NCBI GenBank assembly: GCA_046726415.1
Contig: JBKPAK010000221.1
Location: 1 to 22,151 of the forward strand
Source: Candidatus Methylomirabilota bacterium
Lineage (GTDB): Bacteria > Methylomirabilota > Methylomirabilia > Rokubacteriales > CSP1-6
Length of the DNA: 22,151 nucleotides
Direction: 5' to 3'
The notes under the pieces were generated by a model. The model made no database searches and was not told where the DNA came from. It saw only the letters and a list, made by a program, of their open reading frames with translations. This document shows, piece after piece, positions 8,483 to 18,656 of this stretch. The stretch's first letter is position 1. Each line of letters begins with the position of its first letter. The position numbers and the translations under genes are program-made.

Positions 8483-9799
8483 TCACGCCACCACGCGCGC
8501 CCCATCCAGGAGTAACGGCGAGTCAGCTTCGTGCACGACGCCGCAGCGTACGGCCAACTCCGGCCGGAGCCGCACGGTCGAGCGAAGCTCGACGCCCAGG
8601 CTGTCGGAGAGCGTCCATTCGCCATGCTCGACGGCCAGCACCGTGACGTCGCCGGAAGCGCCGGGCGCCAGGGTGCCGATCTCACCTTCCAAGCCGAGGA
8701 CGGTCGCGGCGTTGGCGGTGACCATGCGAACGACGTCGACCAGCGGAAGACCGAGGGCGAGCAACTCGTTCAGCACCTGGGCGAGGCTGAACACGCGATC
8801 GCCGCCGATGGGGCGGGCGCCCGCACCGTCGCGACCTCGCTCTTCGAAATAGCCCTTGTCCCAACTGCCATCCTCGAGGCGGGCGATGGTGTAACCGTGG
8901 ACGTCGCCGCCCACGGTGAACGGCAGAAAGCCGGCGTCGAGCACGGCCCGCGCCGCCGCGAAACTCATGTGGCCGCCTCGCCCGATGTCGATCCGAACGC
9001 CCCGCCGCACCGCCTCGAAGATGAGCGGGTGAACAGTGCCCTCGCGCGAGACGAAGGCGCCGGCGTTCTTGGTGAAGGGATGCGCGAGGATGTCGCCGGG
9101 GTCGAGCAGCGCCACGCCTGCGGGCACGACCGTGTCGGGATCGATTCGGGAGCCGTCGGCTTCAGCCCACAGCCGCCCGAGGTGGACGTAGACTGGCACC
9201 TTTGCCTGCCGCGAAGCCTCTTTGGCCAGCCGCAAGGTGTCCACACCCCAGCGCGAATATCCTCCGACTTCGCCGTGGGCCTTGATGCCCTTGACGAGGT
9301 CGCGATTGGCTTCGATGGCCTTCACCGTCTCGCGGACGTCGATGCCGTGCGGCCCGTACAGCGCGGTGTAGCGATGACCGGAGAGGCCTCCCACGAGGTA
9401 GTTCGAGACGAAGGCAAGCACGCGCGTCTTCGCGGGCTCGGCGATGAACTTGCGAAAGCCCATGAGCGTCAGGGAGCCCGCGCCCCCCTGGTCGACCGCC
9501 GTGGTGACACCCGCCCGCACGCCGACGAGATCCGGATTGAGGCCGAAGCTCCCCGTCACGTGCTCGTAGACGTGAGCGTGCGTGTCGATCATGCCGGGAA
9601 TGACGAGCCGATCCCGCACCCGGAGCGTGCGGCGCGCCGCCCTCGCAGGAAGTGACGGCTCGACAGCGGCAATGCGGCCCTCGTGGATGGCCACGTCCAT
9701 CACCGCGTCGAGCCCACGCGCGGGGTCGAGCACCCGGCCGCCGCGCAGGATGAGGTCAACCCGGGTTCCCGGCTCCGGCCGTGGGATCACCTTTTTCAT
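8483..9799 (-). CDS. Metal-dependent amidohydrolase/deacetylase (dihydroorotase-like, EF0837/Atu3266-type family)
   Basis: LILRGGRVLDP, PGMIDTHAH (HxH), GVTTAVDQGGAG, GIKAH (Lys), YVHLG, LAHPF, GGDVH, GTLAPGASGDVTV. Likely start ATG 9799 (MKKVIP) with GAGGGG RBS. Confidence 0.88.
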   Translation of the reverse strand: MKKVIPRPEPGTRVDLILRGGRVLDPARGLDAVMDVAIHEGRIAAVEPSLPARAARRTLRVRDRLVIPGMIDTHAHVYEHVTGSFGLNPDLVGVRAGVTTAVDQGGAGSLTLMGFRKFIAEPAKTRVLAFVSNYLVGGLSGHRYTALYGPHGIDVRETVKAIEANRDLVKGIKAHGEVGGYSRWGVDTLRLAKEASRQAKVPVYVHLGRLWAEADGSRIDPDTVVPAGVALLDPGDILAHPFTKNAGAFVSREGTVHPLIFEAVRRGVRIDIGRGGHMSFAAARAVLDAGFLPFTVGGDVHGYTIARLEDGSWDKGYFEERGRDGAGARPIGGDRVFSLAQVLNELLALGLPLVDVVRMVTANAATVLGLEGEIGTLAPGASGDVTVLAVEHGEWTLSDSLGVELRSTVRLRPELAVRCGVVHEADSPLLLDGARVVA

Positions 9800-9809
9800 G
9801 TCGCGCCCC

Positions 9810-11273
9810 TCACCGTGCTGTCCGCGGCGGCCCCGGAGCCTCCAGCAATTCCAGGATGTCATTCTGCTTCTGCGCGACCACCTTGGCGGCGGCGGTCACC
9901 AGGAGCTGGCGGTCGCACGCCGACGGCAGCCAGAATCGCGTGGGGATCTCGGCGATGCGCTCCACCACCTCCGTCGGAGAGCGCAGGGGCGGCTTCACCG
10001 AACGGCACGCCTCGGGGAGGTCGCTCAGATCCTCCTTCCACTGGGCATCGGTGTGGCGGAGGATGACCACCCGCGCGGTGCGCCGATCGGGAAAGACCCC
10101 CTCCATCTGGAGGCTCCCGAAGAACAGGTACTGGTAGGCCGTCGCGCGCTCCTCCATGATGCTGGGAATGCGCGAGAAGTCATAGGTGAAGAGGCTGAAG
10201 GGGTCGGCGCGACGACCGAGCTTTCGGGACCCCACCGAGAAGGGATACGAGCTGTCGAACGCGATGATCAGCGCGCGCCGGGCCCGCCTGTCTTGCAGTT
10301 TCTTGAGGAACAGGAAGAGGAGGGACTCGATCCCCTGGTTCTCGTAGAGCCCACCGTCCCCGGTGTGCCAGTAGAGTTCCTCGTCGCCCACGCGGAAGGT
10401 GATGGGACCAACCAGCGGCGGGAAGGACGCCGACCCGGTGACGGCCCCCGCCACGCGCACCGGGCACGGATCCACCCCGAGGTCCAGCGAGGTGATCGGA
10501 AGCAAGGTCTCCCAGCGCTCGACGAGAGTTGGCAGGACCTCGGTGGGCTTGCCCTGCCTCGCCACGGACTCTCGCAGAACCTGGAAGAAATCGTAGCGGA
10601 AGGCCGCGCCGGGAAGCGTCGTGAAGATGAGCCGCCGGCCGTTGTTGTAGAGCGTGGTGTTGACGATCAGGTAGGGGCTATCGCCCCTGTCCTCGCGCTG
10701 GCTCAGGTCCCCGAAGGTGGTCTCGCCCAGGACATGCTCGACGAGCACTTCGTGGAGGGATCTCGCGGCCAGCGAGGAGTTGAGCCATCGGAAGCCGAGG
10801 ATCTGCCGCCGGAGCAGCGCGCCCTCGATGTCCTGCGCGAGGACTTCCTTGAATCGGGCGAAGAACGCCTGATAGTCGGCCGTCAACGCCCCGTCCGGCA
10901 TCAGGACGGCCGTCTCCCGGGACGGCTTCTGCGTCACGTAGTACGAGGCCGCCACGCTGCCGCCGGACACGCTGGAAAGATAGTCCGCCCGCTCCAGCAC
11001 GGAGCCGCCGCCGGGAGCGCGCAGCCGCGCCAGCGCCTCCAGCCCGGCTGCCCCGAACAGGGAGGCCCTGGTGCCGCCGCCCGACAGGGCGACGCCGACG
11101 AGGACATCGCGGTCTGGGGCAGCCCTGACGCAAGGCACCTCGGGGCCGGCCCTGCCGACCTTGAGCGCGACGGCGGACGCGCAGCCCACGCCGAGGAACG
11201 CAAGCGACAAGACGATGACGGCCCGGCACCATCCTCGCCATCCCACCGCATCGCGAGTCCTGACTCCGCTCAT
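9810..11273 (-). CDS. Patatin-like phospholipase/acyl hydrolase, probable lipoprotein
   Basis: GVALSGGGTRA (oxyanion loop), SSVSGGS (nucleophile Ser), SASFP, GDGGLYENQG (catalytic Asp). N-terminal hydrophobic stretch ends in FLGVG-C (lipobox-like). Confidence 0.85.
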   Translation of the reverse strand: MSGVRTRDAVGWRGWCRAVIVLSLAFLGVGCASAVALKVGRAGPEVPCVRAAPDRDVLVGVALSGGGTRASLFGAAGLEALARLRAPGGGSVLERADYLSSVSGGSVAASYYVTQKPSRETAVLMPDGALTADYQAFFARFKEVLAQDIEGALLRRQILGFRWLNSSLAARSLHEVLVEHVLGETTFGDLSQREDRGDSPYLIVNTTLYNNGRRLIFTTLPGAAFRYDFFQVLRESVARQGKPTEVLPTLVERWETLLPITSLDLGVDPCPVRVAGAVTGSASFPPLVGPITFRVGDEELYWHTGDGGLYENQGIESLLFLFLKKLQDRRARRALIIAFDSSYPFSVGSRKLGRRADPFSLFTYDFSRIPSIMEERATAYQYLFFGSLQMEGVFPDRRTARVVILRHTDAQWKEDLSDLPEACRSVKPPLRSPTEVVERIAEIPTRFWLPSACDRQLLVTAAAKVVAQKQNDILELLEAPGPPRTAR

Positions 11274-11410
11274 GGGGCTTCCTCCGCACGCGCGCTGTTT
11301 GTCCGTCTCTCACGACCTGAGGCCAAGCACAGTATGCAGTGAACGCCGGCGTGCTCGCGATTTCCCGCACGCGCTCCCTCATCCACGCGCCTCGCGTGAC
11401 GCGGCATCCC

Positions 11411-11439
11411 TTGCTCCCTCGAGGGCGGTCGTGTATCGT
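11411..11439 (+). promoter_or_regulatory. Putative sigma70 promoter for the ABC transporter genes
   Basis: TTGCTC (11411-11416), 17 bp, TATCGT (11434-11439). Confidence 0.4.
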
Positions 11440-11495
11440 GCCGGCCGCCGCGAGGAGCAACGTGCTCGCCCCGACGGCACTACCAGGAGGCCGCA

Positions 11496-13175
11496 ATGAT
11501 GCGTGCGATGAACGACACGACGGTCAATCGCCGGACCTTCATGAAGCGTCTGGGCGTGGCGGGCGGCGGCGTGGCTGTGGCCGCCCACCTCCCTCACGCC
11601 TTCTCGATTGCCCACGCCCAAGGCACCTTTCAGCTCAAGGCGTCGGATCCCAACGCGAAGCCCGGTGGGACCCTCCGCTACGGCGTCCACACCGCCCCGG
11701 TCCACTTCGACGTCCACCAGTCGGGCACGGTGGCCAACATCGGCGCCCAGGCACCGATGTACGACAACCTCATCCGCCGCGATCCGCGCGACGGGCAGAC
11801 GATCATCCCCGACCTCGCCTGGAAGTGGGACATCAGCCCGGACGGCAAGAAGTACACCTTCCACCTGCGCAAAGGCGTGAAGTTCCACGACGGGGCCGAG
11901 CTGACCTCCGAGGACGTGAAGGCCACCTTTCAGCGCATCATCTCGCCGCCCAAGGGCGTGGTCATTCCCCGCTCGACCCTCTTCTCGGCGGTGAACGAAG
12001 TGACGGCGCTCGATCCGCTCCGCATCGAGTTCAGGCTCTCCGAGCCGCGGCCGCAGGCCTTCATGCTGGGGGCGTTCGCCAGCGGCTGGAACATCATCGT
12101 GCGCAAGAAGACGCTCGACGACAACAACCAGAATCTCCGTCAGGTGATGAACTTCCCCGGTACCGGCCCCTTCCGCCACGTGTCGCGCAAGGACAAAGAA
12201 GTCTGGATCATGGAGAAGAACCCCAACTACTGGAACAAAGGCCTGCCGTACGTGGACAAGCTAGAGATCTATCACCTGATGCCCTTCTCGCCGGAGCTGG
12301 GCGCGTCCCTGCTGGCCGGCAACATCGACTACGCCCGGCTCATCGATCCGGTGACCTGGCGCAAGGCTAAGCAGACGCCGGGCATGACCGCCGCCGAGTT
12401 CAACCAGAGCGTGATCCAGGCGGTGTGGATCAACAACAAGAAGAAGCCCTTCGGCGACCCGCGCGTCCGCCGCGCCATGCACCTGGCCCTCGATCGGCAC
12501 GTGCTCGTCGACGTGGTGAAGGACGTGGCGCCCATGATGGTGGGCGGATTCGACTACCCCTTCCACGAGCTGTCGACGCCCGCGGCGGAACTGCAAAAGC
12601 GCCTCGGCTATCAGACCGACATCAAGCCGGCCGTGCAGGAGGCGAAGAAGCTCATGGCCGAGGCCGGCTACGCCAACGGCCTCAAGAACGTGGACTTCCT
12701 GGTCCGCGGCGTCAACACCTTCAAGCTGTGGTCGGTGGCCATCCAGGCGATGCTCAAGGAAAACCTCAACATCGAGTGCAACCTCCGCAACGTGGAGATC
12801 TCGCAGTGGTTCGAGGATGCCCAGGCGGGCAACTTCGATCTCGGCATCAGCGCGGTCGTCTCCACCTTGATGGACCCGTCCGACTACTTCAATGCCTGGT
12901 ACGGCAAGAACGGCCCCCAGAACTACTCGAACTGGACCAACGAACAGTTCCACGCCGTGACCAAGCAGATCGATCGCGAGCTCGACGTCAACAAGCGCCG
13001 GCAGCTGGTCCATCAGGCGGAGGCGATCCTGGAGCAGGACCCGCCCCTTCTGCCCGTCGCCTACGAGAAGATCTACGACGCGTGGTACAACCGCGTGCGT
13101 GGCCAGAACCCATCGACGTTCTTCGGCATCTACGACGTGGTGCGGTGGGACACGGTCTGGATGGCCCCGTCGTAA
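11496..13175 (+). CDS. ABC transporter substrate-binding protein, family 5 (DppA/OppA/NikA-like), Tat signal
   Basis: AGGAGG RBS. Twin-arginine NRRTFMK with AHA cleavage site. KPGGTLRYG, PDLAWKWDISPDGKKYTFHLRKGVKFHDG, GTGPF, PFGDPRVRRAM. Confidence 0.93.
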   Translation: MMRAMNDTTVNRRTFMKRLGVAGGGVAVAAHLPHAFSIAHAQGTFQLKASDPNAKPGGTLRYGVHTAPVHFDVHQSGTVANIGAQAPMYDNLIRRDPRDGQTIIPDLAWKWDISPDGKKYTFHLRKGVKFHDGAELTSEDVKATFQRIISPPKGVVIPRSTLFSAVNEVTALDPLRIEFRLSEPRPQAFMLGAFASGWNIIVRKKTLDDNNQNLRQVMNFPGTGPFRHVSRKDKEVWIMEKNPNYWNKGLPYVDKLEIYHLMPFSPELGASLLAGNIDYARLIDPVTWRKAKQTPGMTAAEFNQSVIQAVWINNKKKPFGDPRVRRAMHLALDRHVLVDVVKDVAPMMVGGFDYPFHELSTPAAELQKRLGYQTDIKPAVQEAKKLMAEAGYANGLKNVDFLVRGVNTFKLWSVAIQAMLKENLNIECNLRNVEISQWFEDAQAGNFDLGISAVVSTLMDPSDYFNAWYGKNGPQNYSNWTNEQFHAVTKQIDRELDVNKRRQLVHQAEAILEQDPPLLPVAYEKIYDAWYNRVRGQNPSTFFGIYDVVRWDTVWMAPS

Positions 13176-13188
13176 CCCTGGCATCTCG

Positions 13189-13214
13189 GGCCGGTCGCCG
13201 CGCGGCGGCCGGCC
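13189..13214 (+). terminator. Strong stem-loop after the binding-protein gene (mRNA stabiliser or partial terminator)
   Basis: GGCCGGTCGCC-gcgc-GGCGGCCGGCC forms an 11-bp stem (one G.U) 13 nt after the stop. No U-tract. Confidence 0.55.
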
Positions 13215-13252
13215 TCGCCCCACCCCATGAACCATCTCACCCGACGTGAACC

Positions 13253-14208
<956 letters not shown>

Positions 14209-14209
<1 letters not shown>

Positions 14210-15087
14210 TGCGCGCGCTCTGGCAGTTCGGTCGCCGGAATCCCATCGGGTTGGTCGGGGGCATCGTGGCCCTCCTGATCGGGCTCACCGCGGTGGCCGC
14301 GCCGCTGGTGGCGCCCGCCAACCCACTGAAGACCGACTTCCGCCGGATGACCAAACCCCCTGACGGGCGATCGTGGCTGGGGACCGATCAGGTGGGCCGC
14401 GACACGCTCAGCCGGGTCATCTACGGGGCCCGCACCTCGCTGTTCGTCGCCCTGGCCGCGGTGCTGCTCGGCACGACCATCGGTTCGCTGTGGGGGGTCG
14501 CCTGCGGGTACCTCGGCGGCCGCTTCGACCTCATGAGCCAGCGCGTGATGGAGATCCTCCAGTCGTTTCCGGATCTGATCTTGGCGATGGCCATTTCCAT
14601 GGCCATCGGCACGGGGATGACGGCCGTCATCGTGGCCATCGCCATCACGCGCCTTCCGTTCGGCGGACGGGTGATCCGCTCGGTGGCCCTCGCCGTCCGC
14701 GAGCTGGCGTACGTCGAAGCGGGCCGGGCGAGCGGTGCCTCGCAGGTCCGCATCATGGCGCTCCACGTGCTGCCTCAGTGCGTCGCTCCGTACCTGGTGC
14801 TGGCCACCACGCATCTGGGGGTCGCGATCGTCATCGAGGCAGCGCTGGGATTCCTCGGAGTGGGCATTCCGCCACCTACCCCTACCTGGGGCAACATGCT
14901 GGCTGACTCGCTCACCTCCCTGGTGCCCCACTGGTGGTTGGTGTTCTTCCCGGGTCTCGCGATCACGGTGACCGTGCTTGCTTTCAACCTGCTCGGCGAC
15001 GGAATCCGGGACGTGCTCGATCCGCGCCTCGCCCCCGAGCTGACGCGCTCCTTGTTCGACCGCCGGCGTCCGGGCGGGCGGGAGTGA
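14209..15087 (+). CDS. ABC transporter permease (DppC/OppC-like)
   Basis: The ATG at 14209 overlaps the previous TGA. WLGTDQVGRDTLSRVIYGARTSL, YVEAGRASGAS, HVLPQ, EAALGFLGVGIPPPTPTWG, FNLLGDGIRDVLDPR. Confidence 0.93.
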
Positions 15088-15125
15088 CGGCGCACCACAA
15101 GGAACGCCGGGCACGGGGATTGGCG

Positions 15126-15155
15126 TTGACACGCAAGCGTGCCGTCCGCTATACC
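15126..15155 (+). promoter_or_regulatory. Putative sigma70 promoter for the TRAP operon
   Basis: Perfect TTGACA (15126-15131), 18 bp, TATACC (15150-15155). The palindrome CACGC-AA-GCGTG overlaps the -35. Confidence 0.55.
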
Positions 15156-15208
15156 CGGCTTCACGACGGGCTGAGAGCAACCGATCACGTGTCATGGAGG
15201 ACGCCGCG

Positions 15209-16228
15209 ATGAAGCACGTCTGCAAGGTTGTCGCCCTAGCCGTGGTCTGTCTCCTCCCTGGTTCAGCCGCCGCCCAGGACAAGCCAATCGAGCTGAAGTT
15301 CTCGAGCTGGGTCGCCACGGTCCATGGGCATCACACCGGCGTGATGGTTCCCTGGGCCAAGATGGTCGAGGAGAAGAGCGGAGGCCGGCTGAAGATCGCG
15401 ATTTACCCCGGCAGCACCCTCGGCAAGGCCGTCGATCACTACGACATGATCAAGGACGGGATCGCTGACATGGGGTTCACCACCCCGGGGTATACGCCCG
15501 GCCGGTTTCCGCTCATCACGGTGACCGAGCTACCCCTGGGGATGTTCAAATCGTCCCGGGGCGGCAGCCTGGCCGTCATGTCGATCTTCGACAAGTATTT
15601 CAAGAGCGAGTTCAAGGACGTGAAGGTGCTGTGGTTCTGGGTGCACCCGCCCGGCCACTTCCACCTGGCCAAGAAGCAGGTCAAGGTGCTCGAGGACCTC
15701 AACGGTCTCAAGATCCGCGCGGCGACCCCCATGCTCACCACCATGGTGAAGACCCTTGGCGCCATTCCGGTCAGCATCCCCGCCCCCGACACTTACACGG
15801 CCCTCGAACGGGGCACGGTGGACGGGACCATCTTTCCGTGGGAGGCGATCTCGTCCTTCAAGCTCGCGGAAGTGCTCAAGCATCACGTGGCTTCTGGCCT
15901 CTACGTCGCCCCTCTCTTCACCTTCATGAACCAGAAAAAGTACGAGAGCCTTCCCCCCGACCTTCGCAAGGTCATTGACGATCTCTCCGGGACCTGGGGG
16001 GCCGAGTTCAACGGCAAAGTCTGGGACCAGAACGAGCTCGTCGGGATCGAGGCGATCAAGAAGGCGGGTGGAACCATCTACACCCTGCCGGTCGAGGAAC
16101 GCCAGCGCTGGCTGGCCAAGCTCAAGCCGGTCGAGGAGGAGTGGCTGAAGAGCATGGAGGCCAAGGGTCTGCCCGGCCGTCAGCTCCTCAACGATCTGAG
16201 GGAGGCCATCAAGAAGTACGATCCGTAG
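15209..16228 (+). CDS. dctP: TRAP transporter substrate-binding protein (DctP family)
   Basis: GGAGG RBS before ATG 15209. Sec signal (AAA-Q). SGGRLKIAIYPGSTLG, YTPGRFP, DLNGLKIR (conserved Arg), YTALERGTVDG, MNQKKYESLPPDL. Confidence 0.92.
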   Translation: MKHVCKVVALAVVCLLPGSAAAQDKPIELKFSSWVATVHGHHTGVMVPWAKMVEEKSGGRLKIAIYPGSTLGKAVDHYDMIKDGIADMGFTTPGYTPGRFPLITVTELPLGMFKSSRGGSLAVMSIFDKYFKSEFKDVKVLWFWVHPPGHFHLAKKQVKVLEDLNGLKIRAATPMLTTMVKTLGAIPVSIPAPDTYTALERGTVDGTIFPWEAISSFKLAEVLKHHVASGLYVAPLFTFMNQKKYESLPPDLRKVIDDLSGTWGAEFNGKVWDQNELVGIEAIKKAGGTIYTLPVEERQRWLAKLKPVEEEWLKSMEAKGLPGRQLLNDLREAIKKYDP

Positions 16229-16245
16229 GTAAGGCCGGGGGCGTC

Positions 16246-16749
16246 ATGCACGTGGGGAGGTGGCTGGACCGCTGTGAGCGGGTGCTGACCCTGGTCGCCG
16301 CCCTGGCCACCTTCTGCATGATGCTTCTCACGACCTCCGACGCGGCGGGTCGGTACCTCTTTAACCGCCCCATCCTCGCCGCCTACGAGCTCACCACCAA
16401 CTACCTGATGGTCGCCGTGATCTTCCTGGCCATGCCGTACGCCTATCGGCAAGGCGCGAACATTCGGGTGACCTTCCTCGTCGAGCGGCTCGGCCGGACC
16501 TCGCGACTGGTCATCGACCACGCCGTCCAGATCATCTCCATCCTCTACTGCGCGGCCCTGGTCTTTGCCACCTTCGAGCAGGCTCGCCACATCCTGATCA
16601 CCAGGACGACGTTCGCCACCCTCGACCTTCCGCTGTGGCCCGGGTACATGGTCGTCTCCCTCGGATTGTTCCTCACCACGCTCATGATGCTGGTCGACCT
16701 CGGCGAGGTGCGGGCGGGGCGCTCGAGCCTCTTCACCGGCGCCGGCTAG
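16246..16749 (+). CDS. dctQ: TRAP transporter small permease (DctQ family)
   Basis: Four hydrophobic segments. DAAGRYLFNRPI, YELTTNYLM, GANIRVTFL. Lies between dctP and dctM; start ATG 16246. Confidence 0.9.
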   Translation: MHVGRWLDRCERVLTLVAALATFCMMLLTTSDAAGRYLFNRPILAAYELTTNYLMVAVIFLAMPYAYRQGANIRVTFLVERLGRTSRLVIDHAVQIISILYCAALVFATFEQARHILITRTTFATLDLPLWPGYMVVSLGLFLTTLMMLVDLGEVRAGRSSLFTGAG

Positions 16750-16753
16750 CCCG

Positions 16754-18040
16754 ATGGTCTATCTGCCATTCCTCGTGATGATGGTGGCCCTCCTGCTGGG
16801 CGTCCCGATCGCGTTCTCACTGGCGACCGCGGGTATCGTCGGCATCTTCCTGCTCGGAGGCGACGTGAACGTGGTCCTCCGGATCCTGGGCACGACGCCG
16901 TTCGGCGTCACGGCCGAGTACGTGTTGACGACGATCCCCATGTTCATCCTGATGGCCTATTTCTCGGCCGGGAGCGGTCTCGCCCGCGATCTCTACACGG
17001 CCGGCGCCCACTGGCTCTCGGGGGTCAAGGGCGGTCTGGCCATCGCCACCGTCTTCGCGTGCGGAATTTTCGGGGCGATGTCCGGAGCCAGCCTGGCCGC
17101 GGCGGCGGTGATGTCGGGCATCGCCATGCCGGAAATGCGGCGCCACGGCTACTCGGACGAGCTGGCGGCAGGCTCGATCGGGATCGGATCGACGCTCGAC
17201 ATCCTCATCCCGCCGAGTGTCGGCATGGTGATCTATGGCATCGCCACCCAGACCTCCATCGGCAAGCTGCTCATCGCCGGCGTGGTCCCCGGGATCATCG
17301 TGGCGCTCTTCCTGACCGTGGCCATCCTCGTCTGGGTCAGGGTCCGACCTTCCCACGCTCCGGAGACCTATATCGTCGCGGCCCGGGAGCGGTGGGCGAG
17401 CCTGCGGCGGATCTGGTCGAGCCTACTGCTGATCGCCCTGGTCGTGGCGCTGCTCTACACCGGCGTGGCCACCCCCACCGAGGTCGGCGCCCTCGGCGCC
17501 TTCCTGGCGGCGGTGATCGGCGCCGCCTTCGGCCGTCTCACCTGGGCCGGCGCCTTCGAGGCGATCAGGCAGACCATCAAGACCTCGGCTCTGATCTTCA
17601 TGATCCTCATCGGAGCGACCGTCTTCGGCTACTACATGGCCATGAGCAAGATCCCCCAGCACGTGGTCGCGGCGGTGACCGAGTTGAACCTCAACCGCTG
17701 GGTCGTCATCGCGGGAATCGTGGTCGCCTACTTCGCGGTGAGCATGTTCATGGACGAGCTGCCTCTGCTGCTCCTGACGTTGCAGCTGACGTTCCCCCTC
17801 ATCGTCGCGCTGGGCTTCGATCCCATCTGGTTTGGGGTCATGTCGATGCTGATGGTGGCCATGGGTCTGGTCTTTCCCCCGGTGGGAATGATCGCTTTCG
17901 TGGTGAGCTCCAGCGCCAACGTGAGCCTCATGAAGGTCTACACGGGAACGAGCATCCTGATGGTCGCCCTGGTCCTCACCACCGTGCTCATCACGGTCTT
18001 CCCGCAGATCGTCCTCTGGCTCCCCAACACCATGCGCTAA
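16754..18040 (+). CDS. dctM: TRAP transporter large permease (DctM family)
   Basis: GVPIAFSL, TIPMFILM, FGAMSGAS, LIPPSVGMVIYG, SIGKLLIAGVVPG, TPTEVGA, GFDPIWFG, PPVG. Confidence 0.94.
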   Translation: MVYLPFLVMMVALLLGVPIAFSLATAGIVGIFLLGGDVNVVLRILGTTPFGVTAEYVLTTIPMFILMAYFSAGSGLARDLYTAGAHWLSGVKGGLAIATVFACGIFGAMSGASLAAAAVMSGIAMPEMRRHGYSDELAAGSIGIGSTLDILIPPSVGMVIYGIATQTSIGKLLIAGVVPGIIVALFLTVAILVWVRVRPSHAPETYIVAARERWASLRRIWSSLLLIALVVALLYTGVATPTEVGALGAFLAAVIGAAFGRLTWAGAFEAIRQTIKTSALIFMILIGATVFGYYMAMSKIPQHVVAAVTELNLNRWVVIAGIVVAYFAVSMFMDELPLLLLTLQLTFPLIVALGFDPIWFGVMSMLMVAMGLVFPPVGMIAFVVSSSANVSLMKVYTGTSILMVALVLTTVLITVFPQIVLWLPNTMR

Positions 18041-18076
18041 CGCCCCAGGTAGGCCATCGCGCCAGGCCCGTCGGCT

Positions 18077-18511
18077 TCAGGAGCCCGAGTTACCGGATCG
18101 CATGTACTGGTCCCAGTACCCCGGTTGGGAATCGATGTGCTGCACGACATCCACCCACAGGCCCGCCGGGTCGATGACGGCGAAGCGCCGCTGACCCCAC
18201 GGCTCATCCCGCAGCGGACAGGCCACGGGCACGCCGGCCTCCCGGATGCGCTCGAACTCCGCCGCGGCGTTTGCCACCTGGAGGGTCAGAAACATCCCGC
18301 GCCCGGTGAACGTCTCGGGCCCCGGCGGCTCGGATGGATGGTCGCTCGCCATGAAGGCGATGCCGTACGGCCGATCGCCCGCCGACGCCAGGTAGACGAA
18401 CCACGACGCCTCGAAAACGATCTGAAAACCCAGCTGTCCCGTGTAAAAGTCACGGCACTCCACGAGCTTGTCGGTGACGATGATGGGATACGCGTCCTGC
18501 ACCTGCATCAT
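18077..18511 (-). CDS. VOC family (glyoxalase/bleomycin-resistance) protein
   Basis: CRDFYTGQLGF, LTLQVANA, PLRDEPWGQRRFAVIDPAG. AGGAGG RBS; the start may be the second ATG at 18508. Confidence 0.88.
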   Translation of the reverse strand: MMQVQDAYPIIVTDKLVECRDFYTGQLGFQIVFEASWFVYLASAGDRPYGIAFMASDHPSEPPGPETFTGRGMFLTLQVANAAAEFERIREAGVPVACPLRDEPWGQRRFAVIDPAGLWVDVVQHIDSQPGYWDQYMRSGNSGS

Positions 18512-18564
18512 GACCCTCCTGCCCCGGGCTCGTCGCCCGCCTCGAGCCGGTGGGCAAGGTCGGA

Positions 18565-18593
18565 TTGCGCGGGACCCCGCCGCCGGCTACTAT
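18565..18593 (+). promoter_or_regulatory. Putative sigma70 promoter for the MesD-like/MBL gene pair
   Basis: TTGCGC (18565-18570), 17 bp, TACTAT (18588-18593). Confidence 0.5.
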
Positions 18594-18656
18594 CGCGGCC
18601 ACGCCAGGCGCGCCGCGAACCCACACTGGGCGCCCACATGGCAATGGGACGCACGC

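Noticed and set aside
8311..8685. 124-aa minus-strand ORF as a possible suf regulator
   Set aside because: It overlaps the amidohydrolase 3' end, has no HTH/Rrf2 motifs, and runs across the putative promoter.
8483..9799. Calling the amidohydrolase pyrC
   Set aside because: It lacks the HxR substrate-binding motif (has HAHVY) and has no pyrimidine gene context.
6663..11342. Long antisense ORFs (6663..8126, 8531..9655, 9582..11342 and similar elsewhere)
   Set aside because: These are shadow ORFs opposite well-supported genes, expected at high GC, with no recognisable motifs.
11284..11390. Repeated CCGCACGCGC in the patatin/ABC intergenic region
   Set aside because: Short and low-complexity; plausible by chance in GC-rich DNA.
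18594..18656. SAM, SAH or cobalamin riboswitch upstream of the MesD-like gene
   Set aside because: The leader is short and shows only a simple CGCGGC/GCCGCG stem, with no recognisable riboswitch consensus.
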